Assembly (NCBI GenBank): GCA_963832165.1
Contig: CAWHTE010000011.1
Location: 96,001-160,000, forward strand
DNA length: 64,000 bases
Direction of reading: 5' to 3'
Source: an uncultured delta proteobacterium
Lineage (GTDB): Bacteria; Myxococcota_A; UBA9160; SMWR01
Notes under the pieces: model-generated
What the model saw: only the letters and a program-made list of their open reading frames with translations
The model's database searches: none
What the model was told of the DNA's origin: nothing
Program-made: the position numbers and the translations under genes
Shown: in pieces, positions 16,708-27,441 of the stretch
Layout of the letters: the number at the start of each line of letters is the position of its first letter
Numbering within the stretch: the first letter of the stretch is position 1

Positions 16708-19161
16708 CTAGAGCATGCTCCAGGGACGCACGTCCACGGTGGCCGAGATGCCCTCGCGCAGTCGCGCTGCCGCGGCGATCGCGGCCTGCGCGGCGCACCG
16801 CACCGCGAGCCTCTCGCCCTTGATCAGCAGCTGCTGGCGGTGGCGTCCGCGCAGCCGCGGCAGCGGCGCGGGCGCGGGCCCGAGCAGCTCGCACGAGCCT
16901 GCCGCCGCGATCGCGGTGGCGAGCTGCGCTGCGCCGGCGACCGCATCGCTCTCGAGCGGGGCGGAGACCAGCACGCTCGCGAGATGTCCGAGCGGCGGGA
17001 AGCCGAGCGCGGTGCGGTGGGCGAGCTCCTGCGCATAGAACGTCTCGTAGTCGTGATCGCGCACGGGGCGAATCGCGTAGTGATCGGGCACGAACGTCTG
17101 GACGATCACGCGACCCGGGGCGGTGTCGCGGCCCGCGCGCCCGGCCACCTGGGTGAGCAGCTGAAACGTGCGCTCGGCCGCGCGGAAGTCCGGCAGGTGC
17201 AGACCGATGTCGGCCGCGATCACGCCGACCAGCCGTACGCCCGGGAAGTCGTGTCCCTTCGCCACCATCTGTGTGCCGATCAGCACATCGAGCTGGCCGT
17301 CGCGCAGCCGGCGCAATACGTCCTCGGTGGCGCCGCGGCGCGCCGCGGTGTCGCGGTCGAGCCGCGCGATCCGCGCGCGCGGGAACAGCCCGCGCACTTC
17401 CTCCTCGAGCCGCTCGGTGCCGAGGCCGAGCAGCGCAGTGTCGGGCGCGCCGCAGCCCGCGCAGCGCTCGGGCGGCGGGCGCCGGTGTTCGCAGTAGTGG
17501 CAGTGCAGCGCACCGTCGGAAGTGTGATACACGAGCCCGACGTCGCAGTCGGTGCAGCGCTCGGCGTGGCCGCAATCGAAGCAGAAGATCCGCGTCGAGA
17601 AGCCCCGCCGGTTCAGGAACAGGATCGCCTGCGCGCCCGCGTCCAAGGTCTGCGCTAGCGCGCTCCGCAGCGGCCGCGAGAGCGCGAGCTTGCGCCCGCG
17701 CGGCGCCGCCTCGCGCTCGCGCGCGAGGTCGACGATCTCGACCGCGGGCAGCGGCTGCCCGCCGATCCGGTGCGCGAGCACGAGCCGCGTGAGCTCGCCG
17801 CAATCGGCCGCATAGCGCGTCTCGAGCGAAGGTGTCGCCGAGCCGAGCACTACGGGGCAGCTCGCCGCGTCCGCGCGCAAGCGCGCGAGATCGCGCGCGT
17901 GGTAGCGGAAGCCCTCTTCGTTCTTGTACGCGCCGTCGTGCTCTTCGTCGATCACGACGAGGCCCAGGTTCTCGATCGGCGCAAACAACGCGGAGCGCGC
18001 GCCCACGGCGATCGGTGCCGCGCCGCTGTGCAGCCGCCGCCACTGCTCGAGCCGCTCGCCCGGGCGCAGTCCGCTGTGGAGCACCGCGAGCGAGTCGCCG
18101 AAACGGCCGCGCAGCCGCGCGAGGATCTGGTGCGTGAGCGTGATCTCGGGGACCAGCACGAGCGCGCGGCGACCCGCGTCGAGCGCGGCGGCCACCGCGC
18201 GCAGGTAGATCTCGGTCTTCCCGCTGCCCGTGACTCCGTGCAGCAGGAATGTCTTTGCCTCGCGCGCCCGGACCGCCGCCTCGATCGGCGCGAGCGCCTG
18301 CGCCTGGTCGCTCGTGAGCTGGACGTGGCGCGCGCCCTCGAGCGGCTCGCCCAGCACGTCGCGCGGCGCCCCCCGCCGGTGGACGCGTGCGAAGCCGCGC
18401 GCCACGAGCGCGCGCAGCGCGGCCGAGGGCAGGGCAGGGGCGAGCTGCTCGCCCGCGGCGGCGAGCTGCTCGAGCACGTCGAGCTGCCGCGGCGCGCGCG
18501 CGAGCGCGGCGCGCGCCGCGGCGAGATCGACGCCCGGGGCCAGGCTCGCCACTCGCTCGACGGTGACGCGCGCGCGCGGACCCTGCTCGATCTCGCACGC
18601 CGCGACCAGGCCATCGCGCTCGAGCGAGGAGAGCGCTGCGCGCGTGTCTGCGCCGAGCTGGCGCGCGAGCGCCGCGCGCGCGATCGGGCCCGTGGCGAGC
18701 GCCTCGAGTGCGCGACCCGCGGCGCCGCGCGCGGCGCCGCTCTGGGCGGCCGCGCGGCCGCGCGGCGTGAGCGTGAATCCGCGCGCAAAGAACGGCGCGG
18801 AGCCCGTCGGCAGCGCTGCGGCGAACGCGAGTCCCACAGGGCACAGCACCTCGCGCGCGGCCTCGCGCAGCACGTCGAGCAGCTCGCTCGAGATGACGGG
18901 CGCCTCGTCGACGACAGCTTCGATCGGACGCAGGCGGCCCGCGTAGTCCGAGCGATCGGTGCGTTCGACCACGACGCCGATCAGCGTGCGCCCGCCGAAT
19001 CGCACACGCACGCGACAGCCGGGCCGCACCGTCGCGGCGCGCGCGGCCGGAATGGTGTACTCGAAGAGCTCGTCGACGGGCACCGGCAGCGCCACCTTCG
19101 CCACGCTGTCGCCCGCGCTCACGGAAGGATCGATGCGGACGAGCGGCTGCTGTTCGAGCAC
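16708..19161 (-). CDS. priA: Primosomal protein N'
   Basis: GVTGSGKT, DEEHD, a Cys-rich region and GTQMVAKGHDFP. Confidence 0.96.
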   Translation of the reverse strand: MLEQQPLVRIDPSVSAGDSVAKVALPVPVDELFEYTIPAARAATVRPGCRVRVRFGGRTLIGVVVERTDRSDYAGRLRPIEAVVDEAPVISSELLDVLREAAREVLCPVGLAFAAALPTGSAPFFARGFTLTPRGRAAAQSGAARGAAGRALEALATGPIARAALARQLGADTRAALSSLERDGLVAACEIEQGPRARVTVERVASLAPGVDLAAARAALARAPRQLDVLEQLAAAGEQLAPALPSAALRALVARGFARVHRRGAPRDVLGEPLEGARHVQLTSDQAQALAPIEAAVRAREAKTFLLHGVTGSGKTEIYLRAVAAALDAGRRALVLVPEITLTHQILARLRGRFGDSLAVLHSGLRPGERLEQWRRLHSGAAPIAVGARSALFAPIENLGLVVIDEEHDGAYKNEEGFRYHARDLARLRADAASCPVVLGSATPSLETRYAADCGELTRLVLAHRIGGQPLPAVEIVDLAREREAAPRGRKLALSRPLRSALAQTLDAGAQAILFLNRRGFSTRIFCFDCGHAERCTDCDVGLVYHTSDGALHCHYCEHRRPPPERCAGCGAPDTALLGLGTERLEEEVRGLFPRARIARLDRDTAARRGATEDVLRRLRDGQLDVLIGTQMVAKGHDFPGVRLVGVIAADIGLHLPDFRAAERTFQLLTQVAGRAGRDTAPGRVIVQTFVPDHYAIRPVRDHDYETFYAQELAHRTALGFPPLGHLASVLVSAPLESDAVAGAAQLATAIAAAGSCELLGPAPAPLPRLRGRHRQQLLIKGERLAVRCAAQAAIAAAARLREGISATVDVRPWSML

Positions 19162-19203
19162 GTGCGGATTGTATGCGGCGCCCGCGCGCCTGCGAAGGCT
19201 CCG

Positions 19204-20010
19204 ATGACGTCGCAAGGAGGGCGACGGAGTCGCCCGACGCGCAGCGAGGCGCAGCCGAGCGAAGGCCGGATCCCGAGCGCGAGCGATCAGCGAGCGCGAA
19301 GGCCCGGCGAGTTGGCACGGCGACCGAGCCAACGCGTCTGCGTCGAGAAGCGGCGCGGCGTGTTGTCGCTGCGCGTCGACGGAACCTGGGCGTCGTCGTA
19401 CCGCCCGGACAGCCCGCTCACGGGATCGGTCTGGGACGCGCTCGTGGCGCCGCTCGCGTGGCTGCCGCCCGGGCGCCGCCGCTCCGTGCTCGTGCTGGGG
19501 CTCGGCGGAGGCAGCGCGGCGCGGCTCGTGCGCGCGATCGCGCCGCGCAGCCGCGTGGTGGGCGTCGAGAGCAGCGCCGAGGTGCTCGACGCGGCGCGGC
19601 GCTGGTTCGAGCTCGACGCGCTCGGCATCGAGGTCGTGCACGGCTGCGCGCGCCAGTATCTGCGCCGCTGCCGCGCGCGCTTCGATCTCGTGATCGAGGA
19701 TGTGTTCGTGGGCGAGGGCCGAGCCGTCCACAAGCCGGATTGGCTGCCCACGCCGGGGCTCGCGATCGCGGCGCGCCTGGTGCACCGCGGGGGGCTTCTG
19801 ATCAGCAACGCGCTCGACGAGGCGCGCGACGTCTCGCGTGCGGTGCGCTCGCTGTTTCCCGCGTCGGTGCGGATCGGGGTCGAGGGTTATGACAACGCGA
19901 TCATGGTCGGCGGACCCGGCTCGCTCTCGGCGCGCGGTCTGCGCGCGGCCGCGGCGGCCCATCCTCTGCTGCGCGAGACGCTGCCGCAGTTGTCGTTCCG
20001 GACGCGGTAG
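19204..20010 (+). CDS. Spermidine-synthase-like SAM-dependent methyltransferase fold protein (alternative start TTG 19312)
   Basis: VLVLGLGGG, VVGVE and FDLVIEDVF motifs. Confidence 0.75.
   Translation: MTSQGGRRSRPTRSEAQPSEGRIPSASDQRARRPGELARRPSQRVCVEKRRGVLSLRVDGTWASSYRPDSPLTGSVWDALVAPLAWLPPGRRRSVLVLGLGGGSAARLVRAIAPRSRVVGVESSAEVLDAARRWFELDALGIEVVHGCARQYLRRCRARFDLVIEDVFVGEGRAVHKPDWLPTPGLAIAARLVHRGGLLISNALDEARDVSRAVRSLFPASVRIGVEGYDNAIMVGGPGSLSARGLRAAAAAHPLLRETLPQLSFRTR
19211..19308 (+). repeat. Dispersed palindromic repeat family A, copy 2
   Basis: 98 bp, highly similar to copies 1 and 3. Confidence 0.85.
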
Positions 20011-20023
20011 GTAGGTTCTGAAC

Positions 20024-20686
20024 GTGAACCCGCTCTCGATCGTGTGTGCCGCGGCGACCGCCGCGCTGCTCTGCGCGTGCGACCGCGCCGAGCCCGCACC
20101 CGCGCCGAGCACACCGCCCGTCGACGTGGCAGCGGTGCCCGCACCCGACGAGTCCACGGGATCCACCGAGTCCAGCGAATCCAGCATCGTGGTGATTCCG
20201 CCGTTCGACCCCGCGCTGCCGACGCTCGAGCTGGAGCTCCCGCCGCCCGCGGAGGTACCGGCCGCGAAGCCGCCCGCGCGCGCCCCCCGGCCGCGCCCCC
20301 CGGAGACGACCGCTACCGCCGTCGAGCCGCCCTCGGAGCATCTGCCGCTCGACCTGCTGCTGCGCACTCCGCAGGGAGCGCGCTCCGAGTCGAGCGCGGT
20401 GGATTTCCGAGCGCCCGAGGAGGCTGCGGCGCCGGCAGCACCCAAGCCGCCGGGCACGCTCGACCGCCTCGGACAGAGCATCCGGCTCGAGCGCCGAAAG
20501 GAAGCGATCGGCGTCGCGGGGCCGCGCCAGGGAACCCACTACGAGACGGATGCGGGCGTGCGCATTCCCGTCGACAAGGGTGTCGCGCTCGAGGGCGGCG
20601 TGCGCGTCGACTCGCGCGAGGAGCCCGGCGCGAAGGAGCCGCAGCGCAGCTCGACGCCGCGCGTGGGCGTCGAAGTGCAGTTCTGA
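20024..20686 (+). CDS. Proline-rich hypothetical lipoprotein
   Basis: LCAC lipobox, a Pro-rich linker and beta-strand-like C-terminus ending VGVEVQF. Confidence 0.65.
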   Translation: MNPLSIVCAAATAALLCACDRAEPAPAPSTPPVDVAAVPAPDESTGSTESSESSIVVIPPFDPALPTLELELPPPAEVPAAKPPARAPRPRPPETTATAVEPPSEHLPLDLLLRTPQGARSESSAVDFRAPEEAAAPAAPKPPGTLDRLGQSIRLERRKEAIGVAGPRQGTHYETDAGVRIPVDKGVALEGGVRVDSREEPGAKEPQRSSTPRVGVEVQF

Positions 20687-20698
20687 CCGGAAGCTCCG

Positions 20699-21508
20699 TT
20701 AATCCGCTTCCGAGGCGAACTCGATCACCGCGCGGTTGAACGCCTGCGCGGCCTCGACCATGACGAGGTGCGCGCCGTAGGCGAACGTGACGAGCCGCGC
20801 CCCCGGGATCTCGTCGGCGAGCTGGCGGTGGAATTTGGGCGGAGCGAGCGCGTCGTTGCGGCCGCACACCACGAGCGTCGGCTGATGGATGGCGTGGAGC
20901 CGGTCGAGAGTGTCGTGCGTGAGGCACGCCTCGCACTGGCGCGCGAACAGCTCCGGAGTGAGCGGCGCACCGTCGCGGCTGAAGAACGCGATCATCTGCT
21001 CGATCAGATCGGTCTGCTCGATCGTCTCGTCCTGCGCGGTCCAGAGCAGCCGGTCGCGCACGAGCACCTCGAGCGGCGCCCCGATCCGCGCGAGCTCGCG
21101 CCACTGCGTGAGCAGCATGCGGCGCTTCGCGTCGGGACGCGCGTAGGTGCCCACGAGCACGAGGCGCTCCACGCGCTCGGCGTGCCGCAGCGCGAGCTGC
21201 TGGGCCACCATGCCGCCCATGAACGCGCCGAGCACTGCGGCGCGCTTGATCGCGAGCGAGTCGAGCAGCTCCGCGAGCGTGTCGGCGAGATCGCTCGTGG
21301 TAAACGGTGCGTCGTCGCCCTCGCTGTTGCCCACGCCCGGGTAGTCGAAGATCACCGTGCGGCGGTGTCGCGAGAATTCCGGAACCTGGATCGGCAGCCA
21401 GCCGCGGCACGAGCCGCCGATGCCCATCGCGAGCACGAGCGGTGTGCCAGCCTGATCGCCGTGCTGCTCGTAGTAGAGCTTGCGACCGCGGACGACTGCG
21501 TGGGGCAC
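20699..21508 (-). CDS. Alpha/beta-hydrolase fold protein lacking the nucleophile Ser
   Basis: FDYPGVGNS, GAFMGG (normally GxSMGG), PTLVVCGRNDAL and GAHLV motifs. Confidence 0.85.
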   Translation of the reverse strand: MPHAVVRGRKLYYEQHGDQAGTPLVLAMGIGGSCRGWLPIQVPEFSRHRRTVIFDYPGVGNSEGDDAPFTTSDLADTLAELLDSLAIKRAAVLGAFMGGMVAQQLALRHAERVERLVLVGTYARPDAKRRMLLTQWRELARIGAPLEVLVRDRLLWTAQDETIEQTDLIEQMIAFFSRDGAPLTPELFARQCEACLTHDTLDRLHAIHQPTLVVCGRNDALAPPKFHRQLADEIPGARLVTFAYGAHLVMVEAAQAFNRAVIEFASEAD

Positions 21509-21552
21509 GGCTCCGAAGTCTAAGCGGTCGCGCGCAGGGCTGCCGCGCGGGC

Positions 21553-21987
21553 TCAGTATCCGCCGCCGCCTCCCCCTCCTCCTCCCGCGGGCGAGCCGCT
21601 CGGTATCGCTGCGGCAGGCCGGTTGACGCGGAAGCGCAGCATGGCCCGCACCTCGCGCGGCTTCGAGTCGCGCGGTGCTTCGTACCGCCACTGGTCGAAC
21701 GCCTCGATCGCCGCGCGGTCGAAGATCTCGGCTGGATCCGAGGCCAGCACGATCGGATCGGTGACGAAGCCCCGCGAGTCGAGAATTCCCGAGACGATCA
21801 CCCACCCGCTCGGCCCGCGCGCAGCGACCGCGGCCGGGTACTTCGGCTTCGTTTCCTCCAGAGGCTTGCCACAGCAATCCTCCTCGAGGACCGCTCCCAT
21901 GCGCGCAGGAAAGGACGTGAGCGAGGGCGGCGGCGGAGACAGGCACCCCAGTACGAGAGCGGTCGCGGCGATCGTGACTCTGCGCAT
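21553..21987 (-). CDS. TonB C-terminal domain lipoprotein
   Basis: PKYP...GWV...G.V...FDRAAIEAFDQWRYE pattern, VLGC lipobox and Gly-rich tail. Confidence 0.8.
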   Translation of the reverse strand: MRRVTIAATALVLGCLSPPPPSLTSFPARMGAVLEEDCCGKPLEETKPKYPAAVAARGPSGWVIVSGILDSRGFVTDPIVLASDPAEIFDRAAIEAFDQWRYEAPRDSKPREVRAMLRFRVNRPAAAIPSGSPAGGGGGGGGGY

Positions 21988-21995
21988 GGCTGACC

Positions 21996-22403
21996 TCAGG
22001 CTTCCCTGCTCCGTTCGAACGCAGGAAGCGAATCCGTGGGGCGACTCCAGCGCGGCGCATCGCCGACCCACGCGTGGTAAGAGGGCGGGAACGCCTCCGG
22101 GTCGTCCAGCGTTCGCGTGGTGACGTCGATCTCCGACGGCCTCTTCACGTGCTCGTACGTGAGCGGCGTGCCGCACGACCCGCAGAACCGGCGCGTCACG
22201 GGCGGGCTCGAGTGGAACGCCGCCGTGTCCCCGCGCTCGAAGCGGAACGCATGTGTTTGAAACGTCACCCACGCGACGGCGGTCGCGCCGGACGCGCGCG
22301 TGCACGAGTCGCAGTGGCAGACCATGCTCGACGTGGGGCGGCCGACGGCGCGATAACGAATCGCACCGCACGAACATCCGCCTTCGAACACGGGTTCCGT
22401 CAC
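21996..22403 (-). CDS. GFA/CENP-V family protein
   Basis: [16 protein letters not shown] and [11 protein letters not shown] motifs. Confidence 0.92.
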   Translation of the reverse strand: MTEPVFEGGCSCGAIRYRAVGRPTSSMVCHCDSCTRASGATAVAWVTFQTHAFRFERGDTAAFHSSPPVTRRFCGSCGTPLTYEHVKRPSEIDVTTRTLDDPEAFPPSYHAWVGDAPRWSRPTDSLPAFERSREA

Positions 22404-22453
22404 CGTGATCGACAGTGTAGCCGCAGTTCGGCGCAGGTCGGGCGTCGCCCGAC

Positions 22454-23045
<592 letters not shown>

Positions 23046-23077
23046 GTGGTGAGCTGGGATTCTCGAGCCCCGGCCTG

Positions 23078-23572
23078 TCAGACCGAGAACAGGTTGTCGA
23101 TGTCGTCGTCCGTGATCTCGGAGAACGGCGTGCCGCCTCGCGCAGCCGCGCGCTCCGTCTTCTTCTGGATGTCCTCGAACACCTTCGCGAGCTCGGCGCC
23201 GGCCTTCTTCACGCGCAGGCGCACGAGTCCGAGCGAGCTCCGGTCGTCGAAGACCACCACGAGGATGATCCGCTGCGAAACCAGCGTGATGTGCAGGTTG
23301 TCGCGCTGGCCCTGGTGGAAGTGAACCGGGAAGTCGTCCTCACCGACGAGCTTGGCGAGCCCGCCCGTGGCTGCCACGCAGCCCGCGGTCAGCGACGCGA
23401 GGCTCGTCGTGTCGATGCCGCGCATCTCGCCGGCTTCCGCGATCAGCTGGCCGTTGCGATCGACCACGAAGATGCCCTTGGCGTTCGCGTCGCGGACGAG
23501 CCGCTGCACCACGCCGAGAATCCGGCGGTAGTCTTCGTCGTACATCACGAGCTGTGTGTCGCGCATCCGCAA
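23078..23572 (-). CDS. mglB: MglB roadblock/LC7 GAP
   Basis: [24 protein letters not shown] and [14 protein letters not shown] motifs. Confidence 0.95.
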   Translation of the reverse strand: MRMRDTQLVMYDEDYRRILGVVQRLVRDANAKGIFVVDRNGQLIAEAGEMRGIDTTSLASLTAGCVAATGGLAKLVGEDDFPVHFHQGQRDNLHITLVSQRIILVVVFDDRSSLGLVRLRVKKAGAELAKVFEDIQKKTERAAARGGTPFSEITDDDIDNLFSV

Positions 23573-23707
23573 ATGTCTCGATAACCGCTCGGGACTAAAG
23601 TGTTTTGCCGGCCCGCAAGGTACCCCCCCGGCGATGCGCGTGGCAACTCGCCAACGCGTCTACGTCTCGGCGTTCTGGGTGCAGATCTTGAGTTGCGCAC
23701 GGCGCAA

Positions 23708-24310
23708 TCACAACGTTCTCCGGTTCTCGACCGACATGCCCACCGTCACGTGATCGGCGTACTCGAGATCGCCGCCGAGCGGCATCCCGAATGCGATCCG
23801 CGACAGGCGCACGCCGGTCGGGCGCAGCGCGTCGATCAGATAGTGCGCGGTGGCGTCTCCCTCGGCGTTCGGGTTCGTGGCGAGCACCACCTCCTCGATC
23901 TCCCCGCTCTTCACGCGCGCCTCGAGCTCTGCGATCCGCAGCTCGTCGGGGCCGACGCCGTCGATCGGCGCGAACGCGCCGCCGAGCACGTGGTAGCGGC
24001 CGCGGAAACGCCCGCTGCGCTCGATCGCGGCGAGATCGGCGGGCTCCTCCACCACGCACAAGAGCTTGCGATCGCGGCGCTCGTCGCGACAGATCTCGCA
24101 CGGCGAGCGGTCGGTGAGGTCGAAGCAGAGCTCGCATAGCACGACGTCCTGCTTCAGCCGCGCGATCGAATCGGCGAGCTCGCTCACGTTCTCGTCGCTC
24201 GCGCCGAGCAGGTGGAATGCGAGTCGCGTCGCAGATTTCTCGCCGATGCCGGGCAGGCGCTTCAGGCTCGTGACGAGCCGGTCGATCGCGACGGAGCGGC
24301 GCATGGCCAC
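23708..24310 (-). CDS. recR: Recombination protein RecR
   Basis: LPGIGEKSA, a C4 zinc finger and the Toprim motif EGDATA. Confidence 0.96.
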   Translation of the reverse strand: MAMRRSVAIDRLVTSLKRLPGIGEKSATRLAFHLLGASDENVSELADSIARLKQDVVLCELCFDLTDRSPCEICRDERRDRKLLCVVEEPADLAAIERSGRFRGRYHVLGGAFAPIDGVGPDELRIAELEARVKSGEIEEVVLATNPNAEGDATAHYLIDALRPTGVRLSRIAFGMPLGGDLEYADHVTVGMSVENRRTL

Positions 24311-24313
24311 TCG

Positions 24314-24640
24314 CTAGACCGGCTTCCCGCCGCCCGCGAACGGCAGCCCGAGCCCACTCGACGCCTTCTGCATCTCTTCCTGCATCAGGCGCTGGGCGTT
24401 CGCGATCGCGGAATTGACGGCCGCTGCCGTGAGGTCCTGGAGCATCTCGCGGTCGCCCGACGCGACGAGTGAGGGCTCGATCGAGATCTTGAGCACGCGC
24501 AGTGCGCCCGAGACCTCCGCGCGCACCATGCCGCCGCCCGCGCTGCCCTCGATCCGGCGCGCCGCGAGCCTCTGCTGCAGCTCCGCGAGCTTGCTCTGCG
24601 CCTCCTGCGCCTTCGCGATCAGCTCGGCGATGTCCGCCAC
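24314..24640 (-). CDS. ybaB: YbaB/EbfC nucleoid-associated protein
   Basis: GSAGGGMV and DREMLQDL motifs; lies between dnaX and recR. Confidence 0.93.
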   Translation of the reverse strand: MADIAELIAKAQEAQSKLAELQQRLAARRIEGSAGGGMVRAEVSGALRVLKISIEPSLVASGDREMLQDLTAAAVNSAIANAQRLMQEEMQKASSGLGLPFAGGGKPV

Positions 24641-26316
24641 TAGCGGCTCCCTCCGAGCGGTCGGATGTCGACGATGTCGGCGCCGAGAATCTCGAGCGCG
24701 CGGTTCACGGCGGGATCGTTGAGCGCCTGCTGGCGCCGCTGGCGCACGACCTCGTTCGACGAAGCGCCGGGCGCGGGTGCCGCCACTTCAGGAGCGTCCT
24801 CGATCAGTACGCGCGTCGCGCGCCCGAAGAAGCTCGCGGCGAGCGCGTCGACCGCGTCCTGGCGCTCGCGCAGCCGGCGTGCCGCGAACGGCTCGGGCAC
24901 GCGGATCCGCACGCGCTCGGGATCGCGCTCGAGCAGCTCCGCGCCATCGAGCGCCGCGAAGATCCCGGGCTGGCTCGCGCGCGCGAACGCGCGCAGGCGG
25001 TCGAGCACGGTCGCGAGCGGCGCACCCGCGTCGGGTGCGGTGTGCGTCTCGGGCGCATCCGCGGGCGCGGCGTCGCTCTTGCGCGCGGGGCCACCGCGCG
25101 GCTTGCCCGAGGCGGCGGGCCCCGGACCGCTCGCGATCGGCGGCGAGCCGCCTTCGCTGCCGTCGGCGCCTGCGAGGCGCTTCTCGAGCGCGTCGAGCCG
25201 CGCGAGCAGCCGGCCCACGTCGTCGCCGTCGGGCATCGTGGCGAGTCGCACGACCGCGATCTCGAGCACCGCGAACGGTTGCGGTGCCCACGCGAGGTCC
25301 TCCTGCTCCTTCACGAGCGCGCGGAACATGCGCCGCAGGCGCGTCGCGTCGCTCTTCTCGGCGAGCGCGCGCAGCTCGGCGATCTCCTCGTCGGCGGCCT
25401 CGATCAGATCGGGCTGCTCGGGCGCGATCCGCACCACGACCAGATCGCGGAACAGCTGCAGGAGCGTCTCCGACAGGCGCTTCGCGTCGAGCCCCGCTTC
25501 GCCGGCTTCGCGGCACGCCGCGAGCGCGGCTGCCGCGTCGCTCTCGACGATCGCGGTGGCGATCCGCAAGAGCACGCGCCGGTCGACGAGGTCGAGCACG
25601 TCGAGCACCGCGGCGTCTTCGATCGCGCTGCCCGCGTAGGAGATCACCTGATCGAGCAGCGTCTGCGCGTCGCGCATCGAGCCGTCGGCTTCGCGCGCGA
25701 TCGCGAGCAGGCTCTTGTTCGACACGTCGATCGACTCGGCACGCGTGATCTCGGCCAGGCGCTCGACGATCTCCGGGGTGCGGATCCGGCGGAGGTCGTA
25801 GCGCTGGCAGCGCGACACGACCGTGAACGGGATCTTCTCGGGGTTGGTGGTCGCAAACACGAACAGGCTGCGCGCGGGCGGCTCCTCGAGCGTCTTCAGC
25901 AGCGCGTTGAACGCGGCCGCCGAGAGCATGTGCACCTCGTCGACGACGAAGATGCGGTACTTGCCCGGGGCCGCGGCATAGCGGATCGCCGAGATCAGCT
26001 CGCGCACGTCGTCGACGCTGGTGCGGCTCGCCGCGTCGATCTCCTGCACGTCGGTCGAGGTGCCCGAGATGATCTCGCGGCACGGATCGCACTCGCCGCA
26101 CGGCGTGTCGGTGGGGCCCTTGTCGCAGTTCAGGCAGCGCGCGAGGATGCGCGCGAGCGTCGTCTTGCCGACCCCGCGCGGGCCCGAGAGCAGGATCGCG
26201 TGCGGGACGCGCCCGGTGCGGATCGCGTTGCGCAGCGGCGTCGTGACGTGCGCCTGACCGCTGACGTCGTCGAACGTCTGCGGTCGCCACTTGCGCGCGA
26301 GTACCTGGTAGGACAT
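24640..26316 (-). CDS. dnaX: DNA polymerase III subunit gamma/tau
   Basis: YQVLARKWRPQTF, GPRGVGKT, DEVHML and SRC motifs. Confidence 0.97.
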   Translation of the reverse strand: MSYQVLARKWRPQTFDDVSGQAHVTTPLRNAIRTGRVPHAILLSGPRGVGKTTLARILARCLNCDKGPTDTPCGECDPCREIISGTSTDVQEIDAASRTSVDDVRELISAIRYAAAPGKYRIFVVDEVHMLSAAAFNALLKTLEEPPARSLFVFATTNPEKIPFTVVSRCQRYDLRRIRTPEIVERLAEITRAESIDVSNKSLLAIAREADGSMRDAQTLLDQVISYAGSAIEDAAVLDVLDLVDRRVLLRIATAIVESDAAAALAACREAGEAGLDAKRLSETLLQLFRDLVVVRIAPEQPDLIEAADEEIAELRALAEKSDATRLRRMFRALVKEQEDLAWAPQPFAVLEIAVVRLATMPDGDDVGRLLARLDALEKRLAGADGSEGGSPPIASGPGPAASGKPRGGPARKSDAAPADAPETHTAPDAGAPLATVLDRLRAFARASQPGIFAALDGAELLERDPERVRIRVPEPFAARRLRERQDAVDALAASFFGRATRVLIEDAPEVAAPAPGASSNEVVRQRRQQALNDPAVNRALEILGADIVDIRPLGGSR

Positions 26317-26347
26317 CGGGGGGTGGTTTTCCTCGGCGCGGAGCGGA

Positions 26348-26450
26348 GATCGCAGGGCACCCCCGCTCGCAATCGAACACCGCTACCGCTGCTTCCTTCC
26401 GGATCTGACGGGGTTCACGGAGTCCGTGATTCGAGCGGGACCCTGCGATC
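26348..26450 (-). ncRNA. ffs: Small SRP RNA (4.5S)
   Basis: Contains GTCAGATCCGGAAGGAAGCAGC inside a long hairpin closed by GATCGCAGGG/CCCTGCGATC; lies upstream of dnaX. Confidence 0.93.
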
Positions 26451-26479
26451 GCAGCTCCGCGCCGGTGGGAACCCCCAAG

Positions 26480-27118
26480 TTAACGCGGGGCGACCCCCGC
26501 GTGCGACTTCCGCGCCAGAACCGCGAGCAGGAGCACGCCCGCGACCAGCTGAGCCGAGCGCCCCGGCTCGGGCACGTTGTCGATGTAGGGGCCTAGCCCG
26601 CTGTGGTCGAGAATCCCGTCGCTGAATTCGACCGTTGATGTCGGACCCGTCGCCGTGACGAAGACCGAACGGTGCGTCCAATTCGTATCTTCGCCGAGCG
26701 ATTGTTCGGTCTCGTTGAAGACCTCCGCCCCGTTCCAGCGGACGACCAGGTTGTAGAAGCTCATGAAGCCCCCGGGACGCGCCGCGAAGTCGAAGTTGAG
26801 CAGGTAGGAGGCGCCCGCCTGCGTCGCCACGGTCTGGCTGATCGCGCCCGAACAGTCCTGAGTGTCCAGCTCCGCGTGTTGCTCGCCGTCGGAGGGCGAT
26901 CCGCAGCAGTGGTCCTGTACCTCGATCCCGCAAAGGCTGAAACCGCTGGAGTCGGTCCAGCCGGGGACGTCCTCGGGGTCGTCGGGGGTCTCAAAGACCC
27001 GCGCGGTGCCGGCCTCGACGTCCGGCTCCTCGAAGCTCCCATTCACGAGCAGGTTCTGGGCGCTGGCCCCTTCCACGAACAGCAGCACCGCACCGATCGC
27101 GAGCAGCAGAATGCGCAT
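26480..27118 (-). CDS. Secreted DUF642/carbohydrate-binding-like protein with a PEP-CTERM-type tail
   Basis: Signal peptide, NLLVNGSFE, ISQTVAT..G..Y.L.F, then VPEP, a TM helix and RK. Confidence 0.8.
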   Translation of the reverse strand: MRILLLAIGAVLLFVEGASAQNLLVNGSFEEPDVEAGTARVFETPDDPEDVPGWTDSSGFSLCGIEVQDHCCGSPSDGEQHAELDTQDCSGAISQTVATQAGASYLLNFDFAARPGGFMSFYNLVVRWNGAEVFNETEQSLGEDTNWTHRSVFVTATGPTSTVEFSDGILDHSGLGPYIDNVPEPGRSAQLVAGVLLLAVLARKSHAGVAPR

Positions 27119-27219
27119 AACTCCCCCGCAGCAACTGAGGAACGCTACCGCTCGGACGGGAGCCTTCCGTACTACAGGGGAAGGCGGAACAGGTCAAGCG
27201 CGAAAAAGGGAAGAGAGAT

Positions 27220-27309
<90 letters not shown>

Positions 27310-27441
27310 GCTCGACCCCCGACGACTCGCTATCGAGCCTCGACGTCGGTGACCCTCGGGGGCCCGATCTTATCGCATCCGCTGGCTCTGGATGACCCGC
27401 TCGACAGCGTTCGATAGTCTGCGAGAGAATCCTCTGGGGCG

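Noticed and set aside
27310..27441. yybP-ykoY riboswitch upstream of TerC
   Set aside because: The conserved motifs are not recognisable by eye; an Rfam scan would settle it.
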